NCBI RefSeq assembly: GCF_027921745.1
Contig: NC_079239.1
Location: forward strand, 2,914,001 to 2,978,000
Direction: 5' to 3'
Origin: Schizosaccharomyces osmophilus
Lineage: Eukaryota
DNA length: 64,000 nucleotides
The translations under genes and the position numbers were made by a program. The notes below the pieces were generated by a model, which was not told the origin of the DNA, did no database searches, and worked only from the letters and a program-made list of their open reading frames with translations. This document shows, piece by piece, positions 12,748 through 25,359 of the stretch; positions within the stretch are counted from its first letter, which is position 1; each line of letters starts with the position of its first letter.

Positions 12748-14591
12748 ATGCGAAAGTTTTTCACAAGGTCCATTCAAACGATGTCTCGAAAATTATCTGA
12801 CCTTCCAGTAAGTTCAACCTTTACGGAGAACTTGACGCCCGATCCAGTCGTTCCAACGGTTGATGCGTTGAAACATGCGAGTGATGAAATGCTACACATG
12901 CCTCGCAAAGTTAACGATGGCGCTCTGTTCACATACATGACTCCATCGATGAAAGCAGAGTCGAAATTACTAGCTTATAGTCCTTCTTGCATGAAGTCGC
13001 TTGGGTTAGACGAAAGTGAAGCAGAGACAGACGCCTTTCAAAAGCTAGTTGTGGGCAAGGATATCGATGTTGACAAATGCTGTCCTTGGTCACAATGCTA
13101 TGGAGGATTCCAATTGTATGTTTGAAGCTATAGGAAATCATGATTTATTGCTTACCTTTTGTTTAGCGGTGACTGGGCCGGTCAGTTGGGTGATGGTCGA
13201 GTTGTTTCCCTTTGTGAATTAACCAACCCAGATACCAAAGAACGTTATGAGATCCAAGTAAAGGGCGTAGGACGTACTCCGTATTCTCGCTTTGCCGATG
13301 GAATGGCTGTGGTACGCTCTAGCATTCGTGAACATTTGTGTTGTGAAGGTATGTGGGTGAACCAATGTTTCCTATGTATTTGAGTTAACCGAGAACAGCT
13401 TTGCATGCTCTCAACGTGCCGACGACGAGATCTCTTGCTATCTCTACCCTTGATGGTGTCGCCGCTATGCGTGAAACAGTCGAACCTTGTGCAATCGTCT
13501 GTCGTATGGCGCCCTCTTGGATACGTATTGGGACTTTTGATCTCCCAGGGGTCAATGGAAATTTAGAATCAATACGCAAGCTAGCTGATTACTGTTTGGA
13601 CCACGTGCTTACAAAAGACTTTCAAGGACGAGGAGTCGGGAACCGTTATGAGCAGCTTTTGCGTGATGTTGCTTTCCGAAACGCGAAAAGTGTTGCAAAA
13701 TGGCAAGTTTATGGGTTCATGAACGGTGTTTTGAATACAGACAATACTAGTATTCTGGGACTATCTATGGATTTTGGTCCTTTTAGTTTTATGGATACTT
13801 ACAATCCATCATTTACACCCAACCATGATGATGTTTTTTTGCGTTACTCATATCAGCGACAACCATCGATCATTATTTGGAATCTGGCTAAACTAGCTTC
13901 AGCTTTGCTAGAGTTTATAGGTGCAAAAGGCCAAGTCGATGATCCACAATTTATGGAAAAACTACACAACTCTCCTGAGTTGATTTCGGAAGCTCACGAA
14001 TATACGTTGCAGGTCTTTGAAAATATTGCGAAAGAGTTTTTGTCAATCGTTCGGGAAGACTACTTTCAATTGATGACAGCTCGTTTGGGGCTACCTGACG
14101 ATGCTACTGCTCGAAAACAGGTTATTGATGCTCTTGATATTTTAGAAAATTACGACCTAGATTACCCGAACTTTTTCTCATTTTTGACAAGAGTGAAGGT
14201 GGAAGAAGGCGATAATTCGTCGTCTGCGGAACGATTGTTTGATCTCTGCGTTAGTAGCTTCAATAAAAACAATCCCCGGTTCCGTAACGAAGCAATTGGG
14301 AAGTTCGAAGGATGGCTAGATGCGTACCATCAATTATGTGCTGAGATCCCAGAGGTTACAAGGCTAAATACTATGAAATCCGTAAACCCTCATTTCACGT
14401 TGAGAAACTGGGTCCTTGAAGAAGTTAACAAAAAGGCTTATGAGGGTGATTTCGACTTATTTCATAAAGTTGCAAAGATGACTGCTTCTCCTTTTGAGGA
14501 TTCATGGGGATTTTCAAAAGATTTTGAAGATACTTATTGTTACAGTACAGGTCCTACGAAGAGTCAAATCCAATGCTCATGTTCTAGTTGA
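12748..14591 (+). CDS. fmp40: Selenoprotein O-family mitochondrial AMPylase (pseudokinase fold), 3 exons
   Basis: Motifs [67 protein letters not shown] and C-terminal QCSCSS*. Introns 13116-13166 and 13349-13398. Confidence 0.93.
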
Positions 14592-14958
14592 GCCAACGGA
14601 TTAAACATGGAAATATCCGAAAATTAAATGAATATATTATTTCTTTTACTTCTATTCTACTCTTCGCGATCTTGCTTTCTTTTTCTTTCTTTGGCTATAC
14701 GCTTAAGTTTGAAAGTTGCTTGATGTATGCTTTGATAATCAATGGAAACATTGTCATGAATAAAATCTTTCTATTAAATACGTAAGCACTTCTTTTTAAT
14801 AGAAAATCTAAACAACTGTAATAAACCCAAACCATTCTTTGATGCATTATTAAGCCTGACGCGCTGGTAATCCATAAATATTTGGGATTGCACCGATACT
14901 ATATTCTACAGTTGCAAATGCTAAATTTAACACAAAGAAAGGCTCTATTCTTTGAGCA

Positions 14959-16030
14959 ATGAGATTTAAAACAAGAATCAGCAACTTATACACTCTTACA
15001 CGTAAGCTTACGCAGCAAATTGAATGTTTGAATGCTAAATACTCTACTTTGCTAGGTTTGGTACAGGCGCTGGACAGAATTGGAAAGTTTTGTTGGCTAC
15101 GACTGATGCCAGAAACTGTAAATTTTATAATTATACCTGATTTTCGAATGACACAGGTTTGGGCGTACGTTTCGTCGCAGCGTGAGCGTGTCTGCTAACA
15201 GAAACAGAGTTTTGGAAGTGGTAGGTGGTCTTGGAGTAAATGCAAGTGGATTTACTTATTGATTCAGGAAACTATATTCGAAGAATATGTTGTTCAAAGT
15301 AATGCCGACAATGTAATCAACTTGGAGATACCTGTCGATAACTTATATAGAGCTCTGCGTTCAGCGGCAAATGCTAGCGATTCTACCATCAGGCTTTCTA
15401 AGAAAAATAATCAGCCCTTGTTATCTTTGTCTACGACTTGGAGCGGGCGTGCATTTGGGTCAAACGTTGTGACACATAATATCCCAATCCGCGTTTTATC
15501 GCATTCATATGTGTCTGCAATTAAAGAGCCTACAGCTCCTGAACCAGATTGTCATATATTTTTCCCGAGCTTAAACGTAATTAGACAGGTGGCCGATAAA
15601 TACAAAAACATGTCGGATCGAGTCATTATTTCAGCCAACATGTCTGGGGAACTACAGCTTTCAGTATCGACACCTGCAGCAAAAGTGACCACTAGATGGA
15701 AAGATCTTGAAAATCCAGAGCTGGATCCTTCGCAAGTAGACGATGTCAATCGGCATCCTTCTCAAACTCGAAATCCTAAAGAATTTGTGCACATGCGACT
15801 CGATGCGAAAGATTTAGTGAATATGCTTCGGATTTCTAGTGTAGCTAGAAGAGTTATAGCATGTAAGTATATTTATTTGGATGAGAATCTACTCGATACA
15901 CCAAGATGGTTTCACTAACGAATTAGGCTTCTGCGAAGGGCATGCGCTTGTATTATATGTGTACATTACAGATCCTGAAGATGAGCACACTGCTGTGCTT
16001 ACCTACTATATCAGTACTTATGTTGACTAA
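14959..16030 (+). CDS. hus1: 9-1-1 checkpoint clamp subunit Hus1, 5 exons
   Basis: Starts MRFKTRISNLYTLTRLVQALDRIGKFCWLRL. Introns 15002-15055, 15165-15207, 15221-15267, 15863-15926; 13-nt exon at 15208-15220; ends LTYYISTYVD*. Confidence 0.93.
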
Positions 16031-16852
16031 CTACATGAATTCATGAATTGTATTTATTGTATAAGGTTACATCGGCAATAAAATCGCAGAATCATTTTGT
16101 TGGGTAGAATAAGACCATATTATATAATGAGGTTCTTTGAAACACTAATAGCGCCTTCATATTCATCACCTGATTTAAAAGTTTTTACAAAAACAGAATA
16201 TTTATGGTAGCAAGACGAGCTTTGATCCGTTCGCAGCGCTGCTTCAAATCCTATATAAAGCACGCTCTGTAACTCTTCGGTTGAAGCGACAGAAAACCAT
16301 ACTTTCATTCATTCTTACGCTAATGGTAACTATCTTATAGCTTTGTTTGATATTTCTACGCTTTTCTCTCTACAAATTGGTCACCATTTTTGATATTTGG
16401 ATACTATTATAATAACCGTCATTGATATTACGATATCACAGGCTTGTACAACAATCCCTAGGGCAATATAAGTAATAGTCGGGTTTGTATTTGAACACCA
16501 CAATTGAAACTCTCCAAACTACCAATCTTTTTTTTTTAGTTGCGTTTTTTCTTTTCGTTCCATTGGAATTATATTCTTACTGTTCAACAGAGAATATTCC
16601 AATTCCATTTTCCACAAACATCTACTATAACAACTTACAAAAGGTTGTTTCATACCGTTTGCTTTTAGAATTAACAACTTTCGTTAAAAACAAGGGATAT
16701 AATATAGGAAACATTACTACTGTCGTCGCATAATAGACCGGAAAAGAGATATGTGCATTGGTTTTCGTCCTTTTAGTTTTCATTGATGAGTTATTCCGTC
16801 TCTTAAATTCTTCATCGGAATTAACTTTATTTTTCTGAAGCCAACTTCAACA

Positions 16853-19096
16853 ATGCTTAGTCCATCAAGGAACGCCCATGATTCTTATTCTTCCTACGGA
16901 AAGAATAAGAATCGGCAAGCATTATCAGCATATGGAAGTAATGGGTCTGTTCAATTGAACAAGCAAAAGGCCCCAAAGATTACTTGTACGCTAAAACGGT
17001 TTTGGCAATTTTGAAATTGCAAGTCATCTAAACTTTTTACTAACGGCCTTTTTAGGCAAATTGCTCCTTCTTTCCCTTCTTGAGAGTATTTGCAGTATGT
17101 TTATCTATTATTCGATATAAAATCTAACTTATTCATTTAGAATTGTCCCAAAAGAACCCGGAAAACTCGCAAAATATGTTCTTGTATATCGCCTATTCCT
17201 TGCGCAACTCGGGTTTAGTAGACGATGAATTTTCCAAGGATTATGAAGCAATTCGAGTAGCATATTCAGGTGCTCTTCATGAACTTTTAGCACAAGCTCA
17301 CAATGCTAATATTTCCCATGTTCCCAATGAACAGCTTCTTTCCCTGAATAAACCTTCTTCATTTATGAGTTCCTTATCAAATGAATCTGCTTATTCCACT
17401 TGCGAAGAACCTTTTGAATCAGCTCCTTTTCCGGATTCTGTGGATGCATTTGCCAATATTGTCAATCACGTGTCCTCCCACTCAGACGTTTCGGATAGTA
17501 CTTTTTTGAAGAATTCTCCTCTAAATCTCTCTAGATTAGAGGATTATTTATCGCCAAACAGCTCCAATTTTGAAAAACTTTACAATGTTCAGAAATCTCG
17601 CTATTCTTCTGATTTCGAAGAACTTGAATTACTTGGTAAAGGTGGCTACGGTTACGTGTACAAGGTATGAAGTACGGAAATTATGCGACACTAACTTTTT
17701 GTAGGCACGTAACAAATTTGACGGTGTTGATTATGCTTTAAAAAAGATTCCCCTTACATTAAGGTCGCTATCTTCTTCAAATATGTTCCGTGAGTCTCGA
17801 ATTTTGGCTCGCCTTAATCATCCGAACATCATTCGCTTCTATTCTAGCTGGGTTGAGATTGAACCTTATCATCACAACGATCCTGCTGAGTTCGATTCTA
17901 CTTGCACGGAAGACTTGCTAGGTTCACGAAGTAATGATTCGAATGGCGCTGATAATCTTTTATTCGATATAGAAACTGATTCTTTAAATCATGGTTACTC
18001 AAATACCAATTCCGTTCAGGTGGTCTTCGAAGAAGATTCTTACGTGAAAAAAATCGACCCATCTTTTTCAACGAAGCAATCGACTTGTAGTTTGGCGGCT
18101 TTGTTTTCTGGTTATAAAGACACTGAGCCAGAATATTCTAAAAGCCATTCTTTTGAGAAATCGTTTGCTGACGATGACTTTCTATATTATGGAAAAGAGA
18201 ACCGTTCTGAAAGGCTTGATAAATTCTCCCTGTCATCTAAGAACGAGAATTCAATGACGCATGATGTCCCTTGCTTTGATCAGAGGCCTATTTGCCTTTA
18301 CATTCAAATGGCTTTGTGTGAAGAAACACTCGAAATTCACCTAAACAAAAGAAATAAGCACTTTCGGGGTATGCTTCCAAAAAACCTTCGTAATCGATAC
18401 ATTTTGCTGTTTTCTAGAATACTGGAGGGTGTTATGTATCTTCATAACGTTATGGATTTGGTTCATCACGATTTGAAGCCAAGGAACATTTTTCTATCTT
18501 CAAGTGCTTCATCCGAACAAGGCTCGGTTCGTCTGCCCTGTTTTACCGGGAAACCTCTAGTTGAGAACGAACCTTTTGAAAATAGATTTTTTGTCCCAAA
18601 AATTGGTGATTTTGGCTTGGTGCTCTCGCAATCAGATGTTGGGGAGTCGTCTGAAGAAAACGGGGGATTCTATTTTGCTGGCACCCATACTTATGCCGCA
18701 CCAGAGATGTTGTCAAGGCATATGAAAGCTCAATCTATTAAGAATAGTACCGCGATTGACGTTTACGCTCTTGGAATCTTGTTCTTTGAACTTTTGTATC
18801 CATTTGGTACCCGCATGGAAAGGGTTTCTTTGATTAACAATTTGAAAAAGGGTCTTCTTCCTGAAGAATTTCTCGAGCAAATGCCTGGGGAGGCAAGTCT
18901 TATACTGTCCATGCTAAGCAGTCCAGCGAAAAGACCTACCGCTGCACAAATACTGAAGACCCCTATTTTTAGCAATATGGCGGTCAATGAACTTCACCTG
19001 TATGAAGCTCTTTTGGATGATGCTCAGCAACAAAACAAGACTTTAAAGAAAGAGCTGGAAGCTATGAAAATGAGGATGGACAGTACTTCCAATTGA
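16853..19096 (+). CDS. hri1: eIF2-alpha kinase (HRI family), 4 exons
   Basis: Motifs SRYSSDFEELELLGKGGYGYVYK, YALKKI, LNHPNIIRFYSSW, kinase insert, LYIQM, HHDLKPRNIF, KIGDFGLV, GTHTYAAPE. Introns 16986-17055, 17095-17140 and 17665-17704 preserve frame. Confidence 0.9.
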
Positions 19097-19596
19097 TATT
19101 TTACGTTTATATTTAATTTTCTTGCGATTATGATGCTTTATTTCACGAAAATTTGAAATGGCGAATTTAGATTTTTTTAATATTATGATTATATGACTTT
19201 TATTCTTGTTCCAGTTATGCTTGGAGATTGTATGCACACTTTTAAATCTTTCACTTGTCTCCTGAATATTTTCACCATTGCATTATTTGCTTGAAGTGTT
19301 TTGACTTTTTTACAATCCTTAGAAGGTCTACTCTAAACGCACAGAAGGGACTTCTCTACTGATACTTGTCGTCAGTTACTTTTCATCAATGTCTGGTGAA
19401 TATATAAACTCGTAGAACTCTTACTCGTTCTTTAAGCTAGCTAGTTTACTGATATGTTTTTGATGCCACTGAGTACAAATCTTTGTTCATTGTTGAAACG
19501 ATTATCTACAATACAAAATTTCTATTGTAACAATTCAAAGACTCAACTAATTATATTTAAGTTCATTTTTAGCCATTCATATACCTCGCTGTAAGC

Positions 19597-19673
19597 TTTC
19601 TTTGTTCTTCTTTGTTTTACACTTGACGTAGAAAAACTCACGGCAATCTTGTCACTGTCCTAAAACAAAGAAA
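19597..19673. promoter_or_regulatory. Cluster of Ste11 TR-boxes upstream of fus1
   Basis: TTTCTTTGTTC (19597-19607), TTCTTTGTTT (19608-19617) and reverse AAACAAAGAAA (19663-19673), 150-220 nt before the fus1 ATG. Matches the TTCTTTGTTY consensus. Confidence 0.75.
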
Positions 19674-19816
19674 TTGTAACAAGCGGATCAAGAACTTTCC
19701 TTTTACCAACACTTTTTCTGCTACTCATTCTTTGATCAATACATTTGTGTTCTATGTCAAGCTAGTTAAAAACCATAGAAAAGAACATCAAAAGCTGAAT
19801 ATTAAAACGACACATA

Positions 19817-22800
19817 ATGGGGAATAATGAGATTCGAATATCCAAACCCATAATTAAGGAAGGTTCAATTCATTCAATCACGGACGGTCCGCCAAATGAT
19901 ACATTTGCGACTTCACCGAAGGAAAGTAGTGCCAAATCAATCAATTCAAAAAGAGCAAAACAGTGGAAGTTGAAAGCTGATGATATATATTCAAATTGGT
20001 CACTTGCTTCATCATTTCTGAGTATTGAGAACAGAAATACTATTGATTCTGTGAACAGCTCAGAAACACCTCAAAGGAATACTATGACCGAATCAAGATT
20101 CCTTGATGCCGTGGATATTCACCAGAAGTGTCCAAATGATCCTAATTTGGTTGATGAACTATTTTTAGAAGTGGTTACTACTTTAAAAAAAGAAAATAAG
20201 GAAACGTATTCCTCTTTCTTTTATGACCCAAAGGTATCCTTGTCCATGGAAAATAAATGGGCATTTATAACAAATTACCTCGTTAAAAAGAATAAAGTGC
20301 TCGCCATTAAATGCAATGAGTCCGAGACTGCGACGAAATGTGCAGTCGCATCTTACATTGAAAAGCTGTTAGACAAAATGCCGAAGTGTAGACATGTAGA
20401 GTCCCTAGTGGTCGCTCTTCGCACTGAATCTGTTACTTGGGTGCGTACTTTTTTAATGATGGATGGTCAGGATCTTTTACTTAAGATTCTGAATGACTTT
20501 CATGATTTAAAATACTCCAAAATCTTAGATGCCAACCTGGAGTTAGCCGTTTTAAAATGTATCCGTTGCTTAATGAATCATGAAGAAGGAATCTCCTACT
20601 ATGTAGACAAAGAACACATGATAGAGCCCGTTCTTCAATGTCTATTAACGTCCAAGTTATCCGTTAGGAAAACGTCCGCTGAAATACTGACCTTTTTTTG
20701 TTACTGGAATAATCCAGTAGGCATTAACATTGTCTTACGAGGCATCGAATTATTATCGTCGAAAAACAAAAATCCCGTAGATATCTTACCGCTATGGCTG
20801 CATCATTGGGAGATTGCAATCGATAACAGAGGAAAGCTTGGAAGTCTTGTCGGTGCTGGAAAAGACGCCCGGGAAGAAGGTATTCGGTATAACCAAATGG
20901 TTCTTGAGTTTTGTGTGTCTCAGATGTTGCTCATCAATGCTTTTCAGGAAAACTTCACTACGAGAGAGATGTTATACCAATTCAATCAAACAATTAAAAA
21001 TTCTCGGTTTCAACGTATACTTAAAAAAATGAGTACTTTAAGAAATCCGGAAATTGAGAAACAGGTACAAAAGTATTACTATGTTGTTGAAAATGCTTTT
21101 ACCGACTTCAAATCTATATCAAATGAGCATGATTTAGGCTCTTCTGTGCTTAAAATATTTGATAATGAAGACTTGAACGGTCTTCTTAAACAATTCCTCA
21201 AACATTTTTTCAAACTGGTTAAAACTAACAAAGCTCCTTCTCGAATAATTAAACTTCTAGATTGCTACGTTTTAAGCCTTCAACCATTTTTTGAAAGCAC
21301 TTTTGCTTCTCAAGTTGATAGACTGCATGAGGAAATGACTACCGATAGGTTTTTTCAGAAGAATGATGCTAACGATTCTACAACCGACCGAAAATCAACA
21401 CAATTCCGTGCCTCTAGAAGTGAAACTGCAACGCCAGACGCTATGTATGCTCCTGCTAATGGTACAATCTCTTCGGTCATTGGAAAGGGACTCAAGGAAA
21501 TGGAAAAAAGCTATAATAATTTGAAAAAAGGCTATGAGGCCGACTTGACTTCGATAGCGGATTCTTTGATTAGTCTGTTTCCGGAAAAATTCTTAAGTCT
21601 TCATGGCAATGAAAACGAAGTTGTTTCCATACTAAAAAAAATGGCGAGAGAAGGAAACGTTGGGAAGACTGCCTCTCCGTATGAAAGTTCTAACAATTCA
21701 TTAGAACGGTTGGAAGAACGAGAAACTGTCAATGACCCCATAGGAACAGGTCGCCTAAAGAAGAAAGAGCTTGAACCGACCGACGATTTACTAAAGCAAA
21801 GAAAGGAGCCCTCCAATCATTTCGGCATCTTAAATCCTATTTTACGTGCAACTTCTAAACAAACTAGATCATTGCAACGCAACCGATCTAGTAAATGTAT
21901 GAATTCGGGTAAAGGTATCGATTTATCAAAGGCCAATTCTATCGCATTTAAAGCTGAGCCTGTATCCGCTGTATCTATCCAATCTTTCGATGTTCATATG
22001 AACATAAACGAGGGCCCTAGTGGTATCAGTGATAAATTGGATAGTCTAAGTCCTATAGTTTATTTTCGCCGAAGTCCAGATGCTAGCAAGTCGCCTGGCG
22101 AGATTGAACAAGTAACTGAAGAATCAAAGGATACGAATACAACGAGTGCTTTACCAAACAAACCAGAACAGAAACAAGTTGATTCAATTCCTGCTCCACC
22201 TATCCCTCCGCCAGCTCCTCCTTTACCCCCAGTGCAGACGTCCCAAGCAAAAAAAAATGATGCTAAATTTCCCACTAATAATTCTCTAAAGATTCCTGAT
22301 GGCTTTGAAATTAAAGATATTACCACGAAAGATATTTTTAATGGTACGGTCGAGAAAAACAGTTTAGCAGGAAAAGAAATGCCGCACTGGAAGTTATATT
22401 ATTCACCTTCCAAACGACTTAAACAACTGCACTGGAAAAATTTGGAAGTACCAATAGAGCGTACTCTATGGAACAGACCTCTAGCTGATCCATTTGTTTT
22501 AAGTATTAAATTAGACTGTGATGGCATTTTGGGTAACCTTGAAAATTGCTTTGCTATGAGAGAAGTCAAAAAGCTGAAGAAAAAAAGTTCTTCTACTGAC
22601 GGCTTTATGCCTCCCGAATTGCAACAGTACTTTGGAATTCGATTGCATAGATTTATTTACTTATCTTCATTTGAAATTGCTTCCAAGTTTTATTACTGTG
22701 ATTCTGACATAGTGGAATTGATTGATTTCTTTGTGGATAGAAAGCTGTTCTGTCAAGATGCATTGAAAAAAAACCTTTCTACTTTCCGTACTGCTTGGGA

Positions 22801-23887
22801 TAATGGTGCACCTAATTATCATATGAATTTGCATCAACTTACGAAATGGGAACAAGTATATGTACTAGTAATAATTGATATTGAGAATTATTATGAGAAG
22901 AGGATGAAGTCTCTAAAGGTTATGACTGTTCTTGACCAAAGTCATCGGGATTTACAAAAGCAAATAAGGAAAATTCATTGCACTTTACTTGATATAAAGA
23001 CGAGTACAAATCTCAAATATCTCTTGAACTTGATATTACTTCTAGGAAATTATATGAACGACGTTCCTAGGCAAAGGCAAGGATTCAAAATCGACAGTTT
23101 ACAGCGATTAAGCATGATCAAGAACGAAGAAAACGGCTTGACATTACTGCATACTTTTGAAGGTATCGTTCGTAAATGTTTCCCCGAGCTAGAAGAATTT
23201 CTTCACGATTTGGCGAATGTTCCGGAAGTTGTGAAAGTTAATTTTGAGCAACTAGAGCATGACTGCTTGAACCTTGAACAGTTAGTTAAAGAAGTTGAAG
23301 AAGATTTTTCTGAGAATGGTGCACTGTCTGAAAGGAAAATTCTGCATCCCAATGATCGTATTCGTGAAGTAATAGCACCATGGATACCTTCAGCAAAAAG
23401 TATTACGGGAAAGTTGAAATCAGACCTTATGTCGATGAAGGAGACTTTTGAGTGTACTTTAACCATGTTTGGTGAAAACCCTGATAGTCTAGCCTGCGGA
23501 AGCTACTTTTTTGAAAGTCTTCATGATTTTCTGAAGGAATATAATAAAGTAAAACAGGCGAATCTGAAGTTTGAAGAAGAAGAACGAATTGCTCATGTAC
23601 GATTAAAGGCTTTGGAAGCTACGGGTAAAAAAGAGTTGATGCAAAGCACTTTACAAGAAACGACTAAAGATGAAAGTGCCATAATGGATAATCTCTTGGA
23701 AAAGCTGAAATCAGGAAAGTGTGATGTATCACGTCTTGTTGACTATGAGGAAGAGCTTTTGGCTTTAGATTTTCCTCAAAGCCGAAATGAAGCTAGCCAA
23801 GATCCGAATGGATCAATGAATCCGCTTACTAAACGTCCAAAGACGGTTGTTTTGAAAGCTCAAAACATGCTGAAACAATTAAAATAA
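19817..23887 (+). CDS. fus1: Cell-fusion formin Fus1 (GBD/FH3, short FH1, FH2)
   Basis: 1356-aa single ORF; FH1 PAPPIPPPAPPLPP; FH2 KRLKQLHWK and LILLLGNYMND; TR-boxes upstream. Confidence 0.93.
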   Translation: MGNNEIRISKPIIKEGSIHSITDGPPNDTFATSPKESSAKSINSKRAKQWKLKADDIYSNWSLASSFLSIENRNTIDSVNSSETPQRNTMTESRFLDAVDIHQKCPNDPNLVDELFLEVVTTLKKENKETYSSFFYDPKVSLSMENKWAFITNYLVKKNKVLAIKCNESETATKCAVASYIEKLLDKMPKCRHVESLVVALRTESVTWVRTFLMMDGQDLLLKILNDFHDLKYSKILDANLELAVLKCIRCLMNHEEGISYYVDKEHMIEPVLQCLLTSKLSVRKTSAEILTFFCYWNNPVGINIVLRGIELLSSKNKNPVDILPLWLHHWEIAIDNRGKLGSLVGAGKDAREEGIRYNQMVLEFCVSQMLLINAFQENFTTREMLYQFNQTIKNSRFQRILKKMSTLRNPEIEKQVQKYYYVVENAFTDFKSISNEHDLGSSVLKIFDNEDLNGLLKQFLKHFFKLVKTNKAPSRIIKLLDCYVLSLQPFFESTFASQVDRLHEEMTTDRFFQKNDANDSTTDRKSTQFRASRSETATPDAMYAPANGTISSVIGKGLKEMEKSYNNLKKGYEADLTSIADSLISLFPEKFLSLHGNENEVVSILKKMAREGNVGKTASPYESSNNSLERLEERETVNDPIGTGRLKKKELEPTDDLLKQRKEPSNHFGILNPILRATSKQTRSLQRNRSSKCMNSGKGIDLSKANSIAFKAEPVSAVSIQSFDVHMNINEGPSGISDKLDSLSPIVYFRRSPDASKSPGEIEQVTEESKDTNTTSALPNKPEQKQVDSIPAPPIPPPAPPLPPVQTSQAKKNDAKFPTNNSLKIPDGFEIKDITTKDIFNGTVEKNSLAGKEMPHWKLYYSPSKRLKQLHWKNLEVPIERTLWNRPLADPFVLSIKLDCDGILGNLENCFAMREVKKLKKKSSSTDGFMPPELQQYFGIRLHRFIYLSSFEIASKFYYCDSDIVELIDFFVDRKLFCQDALKKNLSTFRTAWDNGAPNYHMNLHQLTKWEQVYVLVIIDIENYYEKRMKSLKVMTVLDQSHRDLQKQIRKIHCTLLDIKTSTNLKYLLNLILLLGNYMNDVPRQRQGFKIDSLQRLSMIKNEENGLTLLHTFEGIVRKCFPELEEFLHDLANVPEVVKVNFEQLEHDCLNLEQLVKEVEEDFSENGALSERKILHPNDRIREVIAPWIPSAKSITGKLKSDLMSMKETFECTLTMFGENPDSLACGSYFFESLHDFLKEYNKVKQANLKFEEEERIAHVRLKALEATGKKELMQSTLQETTKDESAIMDNLLEKLKSGKCDVSRLVDYEEELLALDFPQSRNEASQDPNGSMNPLTKRPKTVVLKAQNMLKQLK

Positions 23888-24101
23888 CATCACGACGCAT
23901 AATGACTAATTTGAATGAAGATTAATGATAATGGATGGTACGGCTCCTAAAAGGATATATAGACTGATTTAGAATAATATTATAGAAGTTTGTGATACTG
24001 ATTGAAATATACACCTGGTAAATATTAGTTCCATATGGAAGTTCACTCTAAGTTTCGACTACAAACTTGAAGAATTCGCAATGAAAAAGCTTTAGCATAA
24101 A

Positions 24102-25134
24102 TCATCTTGCACGAGAGATTTTAAAATAATCAGTAAAAACGTCTGTGCCTGTTTTGAAAGTATCCTGTACATCTTGCCAGGTGCTGCGCTTTTCGTTTTC
24201 ACGAGATCCACGGACCTTGATATCCTCTTTTATCCAAGTCAAACACGTCTCTAACAAGGCGCTGTTTCCCGTATTGGTAACAGATTGGATTTCTGGAAAG
24301 TTTGATACTGGGCCTGAATCGACGATCTTTCCTTGAGACATGTGTACCAAATGTGTAGGCCACTTGGCTAAACCATCAAAAATATGGGTGGCGTAAACAA
24401 TGGTTGCCTTTCTCGTTTCAGTTTCTGAGGAAAGGAATGACAGAAGATCAGAACGAGCAAGTACGTCGAGATCAACAGTAACTTCATCCAACAAAAGGAG
24501 GTCGAACGGTCTTAAAAGTCCCATGCAAAGCTGGACACGACGTCGTTCACCATCGGATATTGCATGCATTCTCCATCGAAGATCAATGTCTAGGATGGAA
24601 ATCAGCATATCGCGGCGTTCAGGAAATACATCACCACCGACAGATGCAATGAGTCGAGCAACTATCATATCTCGGTGAACGACTGGATTATTGACCCATT
24701 CTACGAAAGGTTAGCGTGTTGTTGTTTGGATGGAAATCACATCTAAAAGGCTATTTCGTTGACGCACGATTAGACTCGACGTATCTGTCGTACCTGTTCC
24801 GAGATGCACAACAGTACTTTTGGATTCTCGAAAAGGATCATTGCCAAATACTGACACATTTCCGGCCTTTGCTAGAGACTTTCCAGCTAAAAGACGCAAT
24901 AAAGTTGATTTACCTATTTAGCAGAACAAGCAGTGTATTAGTATACGAAGGGACAAAAAATAGGATAAAGAGGAATAATAATGAACAGAAAAAAAAAAGC
25001 AACTTACCGGCACCATTCGCACCAACAAGCAGTGTCCTAGATCCTCGAGGAAGATTTATTGATACATGATCAAGGCTCAATGGAAATTCTGGTGAAAATG
25101 TGTAGGAAAGATTGGAGACTTCAATAAGATCCAT
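24102..25134 (-). CDS. caf16: CCR4-associated ABC-type ATPase Caf16, 3 exons
   Basis: Walker A GANGAGKST (split by intron 25007-24914), signature [10 protein letters not shown], Walker B LLLLDE, YATH. Second intron 24793-24701. Confidence 0.92.
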
Positions 25135-25359
25135 GTTGTATTGACGAGGTTACAGGATGTCTTTTCGGAGACTGCCAAAACTATTCTCTTATATGCAAGA
25201 AACGGCCCTTCAATGATCGAATGGTAAATTTGAATAAAAAAATACGAATGTAAAAGAATAAAAGAGTTGATTGTACAGTATACGGAAGCGACGTAAATGT
25301 AGTAGAGGGTTTTGAAGTAGTGTGGAAAGAGACTCAAAATCACATATCATTCACTTTAT

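Noticed and set aside
14574..14591. TGA at the end of the SelO homologue as a possible selenocysteine codon
   Set aside because: The protein already ends in CSCSS, with Cys at the position equivalent to Sec, so the TGA is the ordinary stop.
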